A DNA stretch of 64,000 bases from Bdellovibrionales bacterium (GTDB lineage: Bacteria > Bdellovibrionota > Bdellovibrionia > Bdellovibrionales > UBA1609). Below the pieces are notes generated by a model. That model did no database searches, was not told the DNA's origin, and saw nothing but the letters and a program-made list of their open reading frames with translations. Shown one piece after another: positions 1-9,121 of this stretch (the first letter of the stretch is position 1; each line of letters starts with the position of its first letter). The stretch is taken from positions 1,440,001 to 1,504,000 of the forward strand of contig OZ241456.1 of assembly GCA_965200875.1 (NCBI GenBank). Reading direction: 5' to 3'. A program made the position numbers and the translations under genes.

Positions 1-3000
1 ACCTGAACAGTTTACTTTAACTCTCACAGCCAAATTGCGCTCCAATGCAAAAATAGAAACAGTTTTGCCCAGTACCGAATGGGCCATTGGCTACAGCGAA
101 AATGCCGTCAATAAACCAGTGGAAAAGATTGAAATCCAAGAACCACTGGACCATAGAGAGAACAATGTCATCCGGCGGAGCACAGACGGAAATGGTGTGT
201 TACGCTGGACAGAAAATTTTGAATACGCGTATGCCAAACAGTCCAAATGGATTGTGATTAACAGATATATTAAAGGACTTTCAAACGCTTACACAGGAGT
301 ATGTAAAATTCCCTTGGCCATAAACCCCTGGCTCCAAAAACCGGAACACGCTGACATTCAGATTGCTGATTACAGAAAAGAATATCATTTGGAAAACGAT
401 ATCTTGGAAGGCAATGTGGAGGAGAATCCAAATACCAACGGGATTGATTTCCTTCTGCAGAAAAAGAAAGAGGAAGAAAGACATGGAGTGGATATTATCG
501 TGGATGAGCTGACTTTACATAAAGATGGTACTGAAATCAAAGCCGGAAAAACAATTTTGAAAGGTAATACTATTGAAGCGCAGTTAAAATACAGGATTAA
601 GGATATTCATGGCAGTATTCAACCGTCTCCCATAAGAGCCGGAGACTTCGAATTACAAACTGATTTGTTAATTATGATACCAAAACCAGACGGAAAAAAA
701 CAATACCTAAAAATGAATGAAAACTCTTCTGGTACTTCCATTAACTTCGAAAACGATCAATTCATCAGTGAACGGTTTGACTGGACTATTCCTTTTGTCA
801 ACTTTAACACCCTTCCTTTTGCACTCTATCTGAAAATTACACCAACCGAAACCACTGGAAACAGGATTAATTCTTTTGAAGGTATTTATCATATAGGGAA
901 CCGGTACACAGAAGATATTATCCCAGGAAACAAGTTGGCCAAGCTGAAATTAAACTCAATTCTAGCAGAAAAATACAAAGCCAGAATACGCAACTCTAAA
1001 AACAATAGTTCGGATGATGTAACACCTGTTGCTCGTGTTAGTAACACGTATCAGAATCCTGATGAGTGTCTGACAAACATTCCACTTGGAAGAACCAGCA
1101 ACCTCGTTGCCAGTTGCATATCAACTCAACAAACATCTGCTTATTTAGACGGTTTTACCACCGCCACATGGTCTGTGGAACGAATAAATCTCAATTTTTC
1201 ACAAGTGGAACAAGAAAACTGGCTCTCCAGAAAAATCAAAACCAATGTTGAAACCACAATCAATGATTCCATAAACACCGCCGCCTCTCATTCCGATATT
1301 CAGATCAAAATAACTGATCTCAGCACAGGAAAAATAACTAAAATAGAAGACAGAAAAACTGACAGTGCTGGCCATATAACTTTTACCATATCCACAGAGC
1401 ACAATTGGTATAAACGACAAAGATATTTTTTAAAACTTATTCATTTTTCCACGAAGACAGGAGCACTGAACATTAAAAAAATAATAGCCATTAACCCTTG
1501 GGACTACGGATTTACTCATGGCTTTGAAGTCGATCACTACGATAGCATCAGAACCACCTGCCTCGACTCAAACACAGACAACCCAACATTACTGGATCTT
1601 TTTGACGACACAGATTCTCTTAGCCAATACACTAATCATCAGCAAAGGAAAACTATTAATAATCTGTTTTGTGTCAATACCACTAAAGATATGAACCAGG
1701 ATAATTCTCAAAATAAGAACTTAGATAATGCAATAATCAAGCGGTTTAATAACTTTAAAAGCACAGTTAAAAACAAATTAAAAAACTGGAAAGATCAACT
1801 CTTTCAGAAATTCACCAGTTCCAGAAATACAAAACCAGCAGAGGTGAATATTCACTTATTTCGCTCCATCACTAAATGGCCCACTTCTTTAATTGATAAC
1901 TCTTTAAACCGGGAGATATATTATAATACGCGCTTTAAGCTTTCCCCCTTTGTAGTTCGTTTTGATTCTATTCGTCGTGGACAACAAAATAAAGGTCCTA
2001 TAAGAGACGGAATTTATATCTTCCAAATGGCTATTCTCAAAAATGAGCAAGGGAGACAACATGGAAATAAAGCTATGGTTATACATAGAGCTAATTTTTC
2101 ACTTCAGAACAGAGGAAGCACCGCGGGCACAATATTGCCTTTTATTAATTGTGACATTAAGGACCCAAACTGCCTAGAAGATGATGATTTTATTATGCCT
2201 CCTACTGATATACCTGTTGTGATTCGAAATGGAATAATGAAAGTGGATGTTAACATCCTCATAAAAAGACAATATCTGCTTTTCGCCAATTCCAAAAATA
2301 TGCTGATATTCAGGATTCTCCCAGCTGATCCCGAGAGTATCGTATGCACAAACCCGGAGATAGAAGACTGCACAAAATTTAATTATAGTGAAGAATCATC
2401 TTATTTAAACCATATCAAATGGAATGAAGAAACAATAAAAAATATCCAACCAGCTACCACGGAAAGCTATGATATAAAATTCTACACCTATAAAACTCCA
2501 TTTATTCCCTCTCTTTGGAACAACTGGAATATTACACATGAGTTGGATACATCTTTTGACGACTTGGCAGAACAATATAATCGAATAAAACAACAGGAAA
2601 TTAATACTGGCTCCCATGAGACTTTTAAGCATTTTCGTGATAATACAGAACTTGAGCCTGGCGATGAATTAATTCAAAACTCACAAGATCCATCGTACAC
2701 GCCACCTAGAATACATGCAGACACACGGGAATTCATTCAACCACAAATAGATATATTACAGGAGATACGCTTTGAAAATATGTTTACTATAGATGAAAAT
2801 AAAAATACAACAACCACCGCAAAAGCACAAATAACGAATGCCATAAATAAAAAAAAGATAGATCTGGAAAATTATCTCAATAATACTGTAAATAATGACG
2901 ATAATCTGTCAGAAGAACAAAAAATAAAAATTCTGGAAGCAGTTGATGAGAGAATAAAAGACCTAGAAACGCTGAGAAACAGACCATCATTAACCGTAGA

Positions 3001-5383
3001 ACCTCAAGTAAAACAGATACCACAGATACCACCTGTATCTGAAAACAACACAGTAGAATTGGATGTTCCTGATTCTCAATCCACCTCCTCGGACACACCA
3101 CAAGAATCAGAACCAGACACCACTGCTACTGAATCATCTGCCGATACAAACAATGGCTTATTTGTGAACGCTCCTTGTGTAGATAAAAGCAATATCGTTA
3201 ATCAAAGTGAATCTACACAGATAACAGAAGAAAAAGTAATAACAGAAGAAGATCACTCTTGCCTAGCAGAAAATAAGCCAGAAGAAACAAATAAAAATAA
3301 GCCGAAAGATTTATCAAAAAGACATTTAGAGCATTTTATCTCCACAAATACGCTTTGCGCTATCAATATTGATTCACCAAGTATAACAAAATTGGATAAC
3401 AGCTGTGGAAAGTTCACGAATACTGCAACAGCTCAACAATCCTTCATTGATGATCTAAATGAGCAAATTGAAATTATAAACAAAAAAATTACAGAAATTA
3501 AAAACTACCAACAAACACACAATAGATCTTCCTCTATCGACTTTTGGGTTAACCCTCAACTGAAAACAGCTGATCAGGAAGAAAAACAAGAATCCTTTGA
3601 TCAAATACAAAATGCCTATAAGAATAATCATCTCTCTTCTGATGTCTTCAAAAATAAATTAAAAAATATGCCTCAACTACCTAAGCTGGGTAAGGAAGAC
3701 TTGGTAAAAATTATTCAATCAGAAGACATAAATATCAGTGACAAAAAAACAGGAGCGTTTCTACACGCACTCTGTGGTTTTTGGTTTGGCAAATTTTTAT
3801 CTGATAAATATATTACATCTGATCTGTTACTGAATGGCTTAAGAAACACAGTGAAAGAAACCTTTTATTATAGATTGAGAGCCCTTACAGATAACGATGA
3901 AGATAACGATGAAATAATAAAAACACTGAATGATCTGAAAAAATCTTACGAAGAAGCTCTGGGAGAACTAAAGACAGAAGGAGATATAGATAATCTCCAC
4001 AAATGGGTGGAAAACTCAGAAGACTATGGATTCGACTCTGATTTTCATAATAAACTGCACAATAAACTTAACACTCTCCTTCAAGAAAGTCCTTTAAAAA
4101 ATGAAAAACCATCTTGGTCATCAAGAAATAACACCTCGGAAAACGGTTCTGATGAAAACAAAAAATTCCACCCAGACCACTACCTCAATGAAGCCTTGAT
4201 GGCGATCGCAAGTCGTAGCCAACCCATCATATTACGCAATCAGGATTTCCATCCTTTCAGGAAATGTATCAATAACCCCTCTCATTTCTTTGGATTTGAA
4301 AAGAAAGTGATCGTTGGAAAAATTGGAGATGACCAGGGCCTGTCATACGGCCATAAAACAGAAAGAGGAAAACAAACCACTTTAACTATAAATGAGGAAT
4401 TCTTTATAAGCTCCCAAAGAGACAAAGGGGGCAGTCAAGAACTTCAAACTAAAATTGGAGGCGACTTAGCACTATTGGCCTTACCCATTTTAGGCATCGC
4501 AACGTTAGGCGCATCATTAGTCGCCGGAGGTCTGATTCCTTTTTTCCATAGGCTTTTTTTAAAAAAAACAGCCACATCTCCCAGACTTCAAAATGCCTTT
4601 AATACATCCTTTCCAGCTGTCGTGACTATTTTAGGTTTTTCAGGGCTTGTAGGTGGTACACACTATAACTACCGATCATACGAAGGAACAGGAAAAAGAA
4701 AAGCACTCAGTACAAGAGTCAGTGAAGGAGTGGATCTTATATCGGAACATACACCCATTACAATCCCTTTGGAAAAATACCATGATTGTATGGTTATTCG
4801 CCCTCGTTTCAGCGCGTTTGAACACCCTAGAGACAATGGCAAATACAATATTTGGAACAAAAACAATAAAATTTTAGTGCCCATATATGAGAAAACAGGA
4901 ATATTGCTCTGTGCGGAAAATAAAACATCTACAGAAATTTACGAAGACTACTACTACATATACCCCAACTATCCCATTAATGGAATTACAATGGATCCCA
5001 GCAGTCATCGAAATAAACCTTTTGCCATCAGCCTTAGAGGAAAAAGAGCTCATAAGCAATTTATTCAAAACCTCAACTGTCCTAAACCAGATGAGGACAC
5101 AAAAAAATTGAACTGCAGAAACACCAACGGAAACTATAACTACCTATTAAACCAAAATATTGAGTTTATTGATGATTTAAAAGAAAATTTTAACAGGACA
5201 AAAATGTTTCATCTTACAGGAGACATCCCGGGTGTTTACTCTCGTTATACGGAAGAAAACATAGAGGAGGACAAAACAGGAGGTATAAACAAGTTACTAC
5301 CGTGGATGAATTGGTGGGCAGACAGACAGTTTTTTGACATAGATCTGGTAAATCTCATTAGAGACGAACCTGAATCACAATAA
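1..5383 (+). CDS. Very large (>1780 aa) hypothetical protein, 5'-partial; two hydrophobic segments near the C-terminus
   Basis: Frame is open from position 2 to the TAA at 5383. Repeated INPW motif, scattered Cys, acidic/Thr linker, hydrophobic LALLALPILGIATLGASLVAGG segment. Confidence 0.85.
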   Translation, partial: PEQFTLTLTAKLRSNAKIETVLPSTEWAIGYSENAVNKPVEKIEIQEPLDHRENNVIRRSTDGNGVLRWTENFEYAYAKQSKWIVINRYIKGLSNAYTGVCKIPLAINPWLQKPEHADIQIADYRKEYHLENDILEGNVEENPNTNGIDFLLQKKKEEERHGVDIIVDELTLHKDGTEIKAGKTILKGNTIEAQLKYRIKDIHGSIQPSPIRAGDFELQTDLLIMIPKPDGKKQYLKMNENSSGTSINFENDQFISERFDWTIPFVNFNTLPFALYLKITPTETTGNRINSFEGIYHIGNRYTEDIIPGNKLAKLKLNSILAEKYKARIRNSKNNSSDDVTPVARVSNTYQNPDECLTNIPLGRTSNLVASCISTQQTSAYLDGFTTATWSVERINLNFSQVEQENWLSRKIKTNVETTINDSINTAASHSDIQIKITDLSTGKITKIEDRKTDSAGHITFTISTEHNWYKRQRYFLKLIHFSTKTGALNIKKIIAINPWDYGFTHGFEVDHYDSIRTTCLDSNTDNPTLLDLFDDTDSLSQYTNHQQRKTINNLFCVNTTKDMNQDNSQNKNLDNAIIKRFNNFKSTVKNKLKNWKDQLFQKFTSSRNTKPAEVNIHLFRSITKWPTSLIDNSLNREIYYNTRFKLSPFVVRFDSIRRGQQNKGPIRDGIYIFQMAILKNEQGRQHGNKAMVIHRANFSLQNRGSTAGTILPFINCDIKDPNCLEDDDFIMPPTDIPVVIRNGIMKVDVNILIKRQYLLFANSKNMLIFRILPADPESIVCTNPEIEDCTKFNYSEESSYLNHIKWNEETIKNIQPATTESYDIKFYTYKTPFIPSLWNNWNITHELDTSFDDLAEQYNRIKQQEINTGSHETFKHFRDNTELEPGDELIQNSQDPSYTPPRIHADTREFIQPQIDILQEIRFENMFTIDENKNTTTTAKAQITNAINKKKIDLENYLNNTVNNDDNLSEEQKIKILEAVDERIKDLETLRNRPSLTVEPQVKQIPQIPPVSENNTVELDVPDSQSTSSDTPQESEPDTTATESSADTNNGLFVNAPCVDKSNIVNQSESTQITEEKVITEEDHSCLAENKPEETNKNKPKDLSKRHLEHFISTNTLCAINIDSPSITKLDNSCGKFTNTATAQQSFIDDLNEQIEIINKKITEIKNYQQTHNRSSSIDFWVNPQLKTADQEEKQESFDQIQNAYKNNHLSSDVFKNKLKNMPQLPKLGKEDLVKIIQSEDINISDKKTGAFLHALCGFWFGKFLSDKYITSDLLLNGLRNTVKETFYYRLRALTDNDEDNDEIIKTLNDLKKSYEEALGELKTEGDIDNLHKWVENSEDYGFDSDFHNKLHNKLNTLLQESPLKNEKPSWSSRNNTSENGSDENKKFHPDHYLNEALMAIASRSQPIILRNQDFHPFRKCINNPSHFFGFEKKVIVGKIGDDQGLSYGHKTERGKQTTLTINEEFFISSQRDKGGSQELQTKIGGDLALLALPILGIATLGASLVAGGLIPFFHRLFLKKTATSPRLQNAFNTSFPAVVTILGFSGLVGGTHYNYRSYEGTGKRKALSTRVSEGVDLISEHTPITIPLEKYHDCMVIRPRFSAFEHPRDNGKYNIWNKNNKILVPIYEKTGILLCAENKTSTEIYEDYYYIYPNYPINGITMDPSSHRNKPFAISLRGKRAHKQFIQNLNCPKPDEDTKKLNCRNTNGNYNYLLNQNIEFIDDLKENFNRTKMFHLTGDIPGVYSRYTEENIEEDKTGGINKLLPWMNWWADRQFFDIDLVNLIRDEPESQ

Positions 5384-5445
5384 TCCTCATGTATGTTGTG
5401 CCCTCTTTCCACACACGCGTCTTTTCAGCCACGGTGTGCTCAAAG

Positions 5446-5472
5446 CCGAACTCACCTCGCGGTGAGTATCGG
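5446..5472 (+). terminator. GC-rich hairpin between convergent genes, possible terminator
   Basis: CCGA-ACTCACC-tcgc-GGTGAGT-a-TCGG inverted repeat; a short T-run follows a few nt downstream. Confidence 0.4.
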
Positions 5473-5492
5473 TAAGATCTTTTTCACTGATA

Positions 5493-5602
5493 CTTTTTGC
5501 AAGAAAACAAAGGTTGTATTGTAAAACCTTGCAATTTTTTCCCGAAACTTTTATAAAAAAAATCAAGTGATAACAACGCTTTATTATTTATTCAGGACCG
5601 AC
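5493..5602 (+). repeat. Dispersed intergenic repeat, copy A (contains TTGCAA-N17-TATAAA)
   Basis: Aligns by eye with 45182-45275, and with the reverse complements of 19424-19468, 32767-32807 and 58480-58538. Confidence 0.85.
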
Positions 5603-5623
5603 TCCATACTTTTTCACGGGCAA

Positions 5624-6067
5624 CTAAATAAGTTTTTCAAAAATTTTATCTTGGAGAGCATACATTTTCTTGGCGGAGTCCGAGCCACTTTCATGCTCAA
5701 ACCCCAGTAAGTGCAATATACCATGCAACACCAAATAAAACATCCAATCCTGATTTGAAAACCAATCTGGTTTTCCTCGTTCAATAACAGGCAGACAAAG
5801 AACCAACTCTCCGAAAGAATCTTCCTCCACAGGAGCAAAACTTAAAATATCTGTAACATCGTTTTTTTTTCTGAATTTTTGATTGAGATTTTTTATTGTT
5901 TGTTCATCTACAAAAGCCAAAATCAATTTTTTACCGATATCCGCGCAACTTAAAACCTCTTGTAGTTGCCTTTCTTGCTTTAACTCATTGAAAACTTTTA
6001 TGATCCACTGAGTTAAAGCCCGCTTATTTATCTTTGAAGAGTTTATGTTAATTATTTCTACTTTCAT
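5624..6067 (-). CDS. ybeY: rRNA maturation endoribonuclease YbeY
   Basis: LNQKFRKK..TDILSF and HGILHLLGFEH motifs. Confidence 0.95.
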   Translation of the reverse strand: MKVEIININSSKINKRALTQWIIKVFNELKQERQLQEVLSCADIGKKLILAFVDEQTIKNLNQKFRKKNDVTDILSFAPVEEDSFGELVLCLPVIERGKPDWFSNQDWMFYLVLHGILHLLGFEHESGSDSAKKMYALQDKIFEKLI

Positions 6068-6166
6068 TTTGATTCTTTTACATTTTAATCAGTCAGGCGT
6101 GAAGAAATATTTTTTAAGGATGCAAAACACAGATCACAAAAAGGCTTTTTCACGGACCACTTATTA

Positions 6167-7912
6167 TCACCCCCCTAAAGGCACAAAGATATTGCCTGGT
6201 GAAGGTGAAGAAAACCTGCATTTTCTTGTATTGCGATCGTATCTGGTGTTGTTGGGACAACATTTATCAGTAATGGGATTAAAAAACTTCTTAAGGCAAG
6301 AACGACACTTCCCATTGTGGTAGTATGTTGTCGTGCAAGTCTGACATCCTCCATTGTGGTAAAAGGGATAGGCACGGCAAGTCTGACATCCTCCATTGTG
6401 CTCGAAATCTGGACCCCCTGGACATTGACAAACAGTTCCATCCCATACTTTACTATTCGGACAAGGCTTACATACCCCTTTGTCATCCCAGGGTTTTTCA
6501 GATGGACATACACAATACCCAGAACGAAAAATCTGATCACTTCGGCAACCACAATCACCGTTTGCAAGCCGGCTCAAATTACCAATACAACCACAAGTAT
6601 CACCACGCTTGATGACAAAACCCCTTGAATCTTGGGGACACTTACAAGCTTGATTGGCTTCACTCCAAACCAGTTCTCCCGGACAAGTTTTTTCACAAGT
6701 AGGATCTACTTCCCAATCTATCGGACATTTGTAACACATACCATTGTTGTAATACGGAGTCTCCATAGAACATTTGTTGCAAACTTGATCGTAGCTATAA
6801 GGTGTATGTCTTGGGCATTCATTGCATACACCATTATAATAGTGCTCTGTAATAGGGCAAATGTGACACATATTATTATAGTAATGTGGAGTTGCACTTG
6901 GGCACTGATTGCACACATTATTATAATAGTAAGGTGTATTTACCGGACACTCACAGCTGAAAGTGGCCTTTTTATATACCTTTCCACCGGAACATACAGA
7001 CCGGCATATAGGCTCTCCGTTTGCATCAAAACCCTGTAATACCTCCTCAGCATTCGAACACTCAAACTTACCCACTTCCGGGAGCTTCGGTAAAATTCTA
7101 CAATCTGAAGTGCCGTCTTCTTTTTTCCCAACATACACCTTACCCTTGGGGCAAGGCCATATTGGCCGACAATCCTTATTCCCTCTATCATCAAATCCAT
7201 ACAAGTATGTGCCAGGGCTGTTACAGGAAACATTCAACCCCCCTCCCACATTGTAACAATTTAACAAGGAACAACTATCGTCTGCTATTATGGATTTTGT
7301 ACTATCCGCAGGAGCTGGGATATGGCGTATTTTTAAATCACAGGATTGGTGATAACAACCTGTGTTGTCTGTGGCTGAACATTCTGCAGATTCCAAGGTC
7401 TTATAAGAACCTGATTGAGGCTTGCTGTAATATACCGCAAAAGTCCATTTTAGATTATCTGGACCGGTTCTTAAAAGCTCAAGGCTTTTTACAGATATCA
7501 ATCCACTCTTAAAATCCCCAAGAGCCAGATAGGGTGTGTCGTCTTCTGAAGTGCGTGGGTCTGAATCAACATTGTTACCACCAGTCTTTATATAACCCCT
7601 AAGCTTATTATCAGAATCAATAAGCTGGCCTTTTTTATGGGTTTTATTAGAAAGCCTAGAAGGATCCAAATTCCACCGGCAGTCCTTAGCATCGCTTAGC
7701 ATCTGCCTGATGGTGACATACAATTCCTGTTCTGCCTGCAAAGTGTTTGAAACCTGCACAGACTTTATAGCGATTTGAGAAATTTTTAAAACCCCCAAAC
7801 TTAAAACAAGCCCCGCTCCGGCAGCTACAAATGTCCCCACCAAACCAAAACCTTTATTGCTTTTACAAACGATTTTACAAATCCAAAAGCCACAGCCTAT
7901 GACGCAGTGCAT
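6167..7912 (-). CDS. Prepilin-like N-terminus fused to a long Cys-rich repeat region (candidate minor pilin/adhesin); true start may be 7979, across a C10 tract
   Basis: KSNKG|FGLVGTFVAAGAGLVLSLGVL type IV pilin-like signal; five CPxxTPYYYNxxCxx-type repeats; HNGGCQTC repeats. Confidence 0.75.
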   Translation of the reverse strand: MHCVIGCGFWICKIVCKSNKGFGLVGTFVAAGAGLVLSLGVLKISQIAIKSVQVSNTLQAEQELYVTIRQMLSDAKDCRWNLDPSRLSNKTHKKGQLIDSDNKLRGYIKTGGNNVDSDPRTSEDDTPYLALGDFKSGLISVKSLELLRTGPDNLKWTFAVYYSKPQSGSYKTLESAECSATDNTGCYHQSCDLKIRHIPAPADSTKSIIADDSCSLLNCYNVGGGLNVSCNSPGTYLYGFDDRGNKDCRPIWPCPKGKVYVGKKEDGTSDCRILPKLPEVGKFECSNAEEVLQGFDANGEPICRSVCSGGKVYKKATFSCECPVNTPYYYNNVCNQCPSATPHYYNNMCHICPITEHYYNGVCNECPRHTPYSYDQVCNKCSMETPYYNNGMCYKCPIDWEVDPTCEKTCPGELVWSEANQACKCPQDSRGFVIKRGDTCGCIGNLSRLANGDCGCRSDQIFRSGYCVCPSEKPWDDKGVCKPCPNSKVWDGTVCQCPGGPDFEHNGGCQTCRAYPFYHNGGCQTCTTTYYHNGKCRSCLKKFFNPITDKCCPNNTRYDRNTRKCRFSSPSPGNIFVPLGG

Positions 7913-7916
7913 GAGA

Positions 7917-7926
7917 GGGGGGGGGG
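7917..7926 (-). repeat. C10 homopolymer (G10 on + strand), candidate slipped-strand switch
   Basis: Ten consecutive G in an AT-rich genome, lying between the SD-led ATG at 7979 and the pilin-like reading frame. Confidence 0.9.
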
Positions 7927-8241
7927 TAGAAAGGGTTTTTCACCGAGTTTTTTGAAAAAGAAACTTTGTTTTTCCACATTTGATTCCTATAAGTTTTATG
8001 GTCCTTTACAGATTAATCGGTCTTTTTGGAAAAAAAGTTTAAGCTTTCAACAATTATTCCGGACCGATCATGTAGTTTTTTGGTCATAACTGCTGTGTGA
8101 GAACAAACACATTTTTTTGCGGGTGGCTAGTCAAAAACTTATACATTTGTAAATATGTAGAACCAATGATATAGGTTGGAATCAATGCTATAAATTAGCA
8201 TAATAATTGAACATTCAATTTATTATTCAAAAGGAGCAAAA

Positions 8242-9090
8242 ATGAAAAAAATCCTCTTATCAGGTATTTTGTTAATAACCCTTGCAGTAGCAGGTCTTAT
8301 TTGGTTCACCTTTCAGGATAATGCCTGTCCAGTGGATTTTTCAAACTTCAAAGAGTGCATGAAGCAATCTCTGATTGATCATTATCAGAACGAAAAACCA
8401 AAAACAAAACAGGTTTCAAAAGATTTAAAAAGAAAAATAGGTAACCACTGTGTTCAAAAAGTCAAACTAGATGAAAACATGGATAAATTAAATTTTTTTC
8501 AAGAAAAATTATGTACAATAAAAGTATTCGGCGTTTCAGCACAATTAGGAATAGAATTCGCAAAAGAAATGGATACATACCAACAATCTGAAGAAACAAA
8601 AACACAACCTTCGGCCCCTGATCATTCTTCTGCTCCCGCCGAAAAAAAACTAGGACCGGCAGAACCAATGCCTGAATCACCTGCTTCCTCTGCTCCAGCT
8701 GTAAAACCTGCTCCTGCTACTCCTGCTGTAAAACTTGCTCCTGCCATAGAGCCTGCTCCTTCTGATCCCGCCGAAAAAAAAACAGGGCCGGCAGAACCAA
8801 TATCTAAGGACTTGTCACCCAGAGACACATCCCCCACTCCAACACAACCTAACGCGCCTATAAAACCTCAAAAAAAACATCCTTTGCAACCCACGCATAT
8901 CAAAAAACAGCCTGCTCCCGCTCCAACACCAACAGATCCCGCTATTGGACCTCAACAACAAAAGCAAATGCAAAATCAAAAAAAACATCCTTTGCAACCC
9001 ACGCATATCAAAAAACAGCCTGCTCCCGCTCCAACACCTGCTCCTGCTCCAACACCAACAGATCCCGCTACTGGACGACCGACTAAATAG
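8242..9090 (+). CDS. Membrane-anchored/secreted hypothetical protein with Pro/Ala-rich repetitive tail
   Basis: SD AAGGAG; N-terminal hydrophobic helix; internal duplications AEKKxGPAEP and QKKHPLQPTHIKKQPAPAPTP. Confidence 0.85.
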   Translation: MKKILLSGILLITLAVAGLIWFTFQDNACPVDFSNFKECMKQSLIDHYQNEKPKTKQVSKDLKRKIGNHCVQKVKLDENMDKLNFFQEKLCTIKVFGVSAQLGIEFAKEMDTYQQSEETKTQPSAPDHSSAPAEKKLGPAEPMPESPASSAPAVKPAPATPAVKLAPAIEPAPSDPAEKKTGPAEPISKDLSPRDTSPTPTQPNAPIKPQKKHPLQPTHIKKQPAPAPTPTDPAIGPQQQKQMQNQKKHPLQPTHIKKQPAPAPTPAPAPTPTDPATGRPTK

Positions 9091-9121
9091 TAGAACCTGC
9101 AAAGTGATCTTACCTGCCCTT

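Noticed and set aside
6175..7512. Many overlapping short ORFs on both strands
   Set aside because: Shadow frames of the Cys-rich repeat gene, with no independent start signals or motifs.
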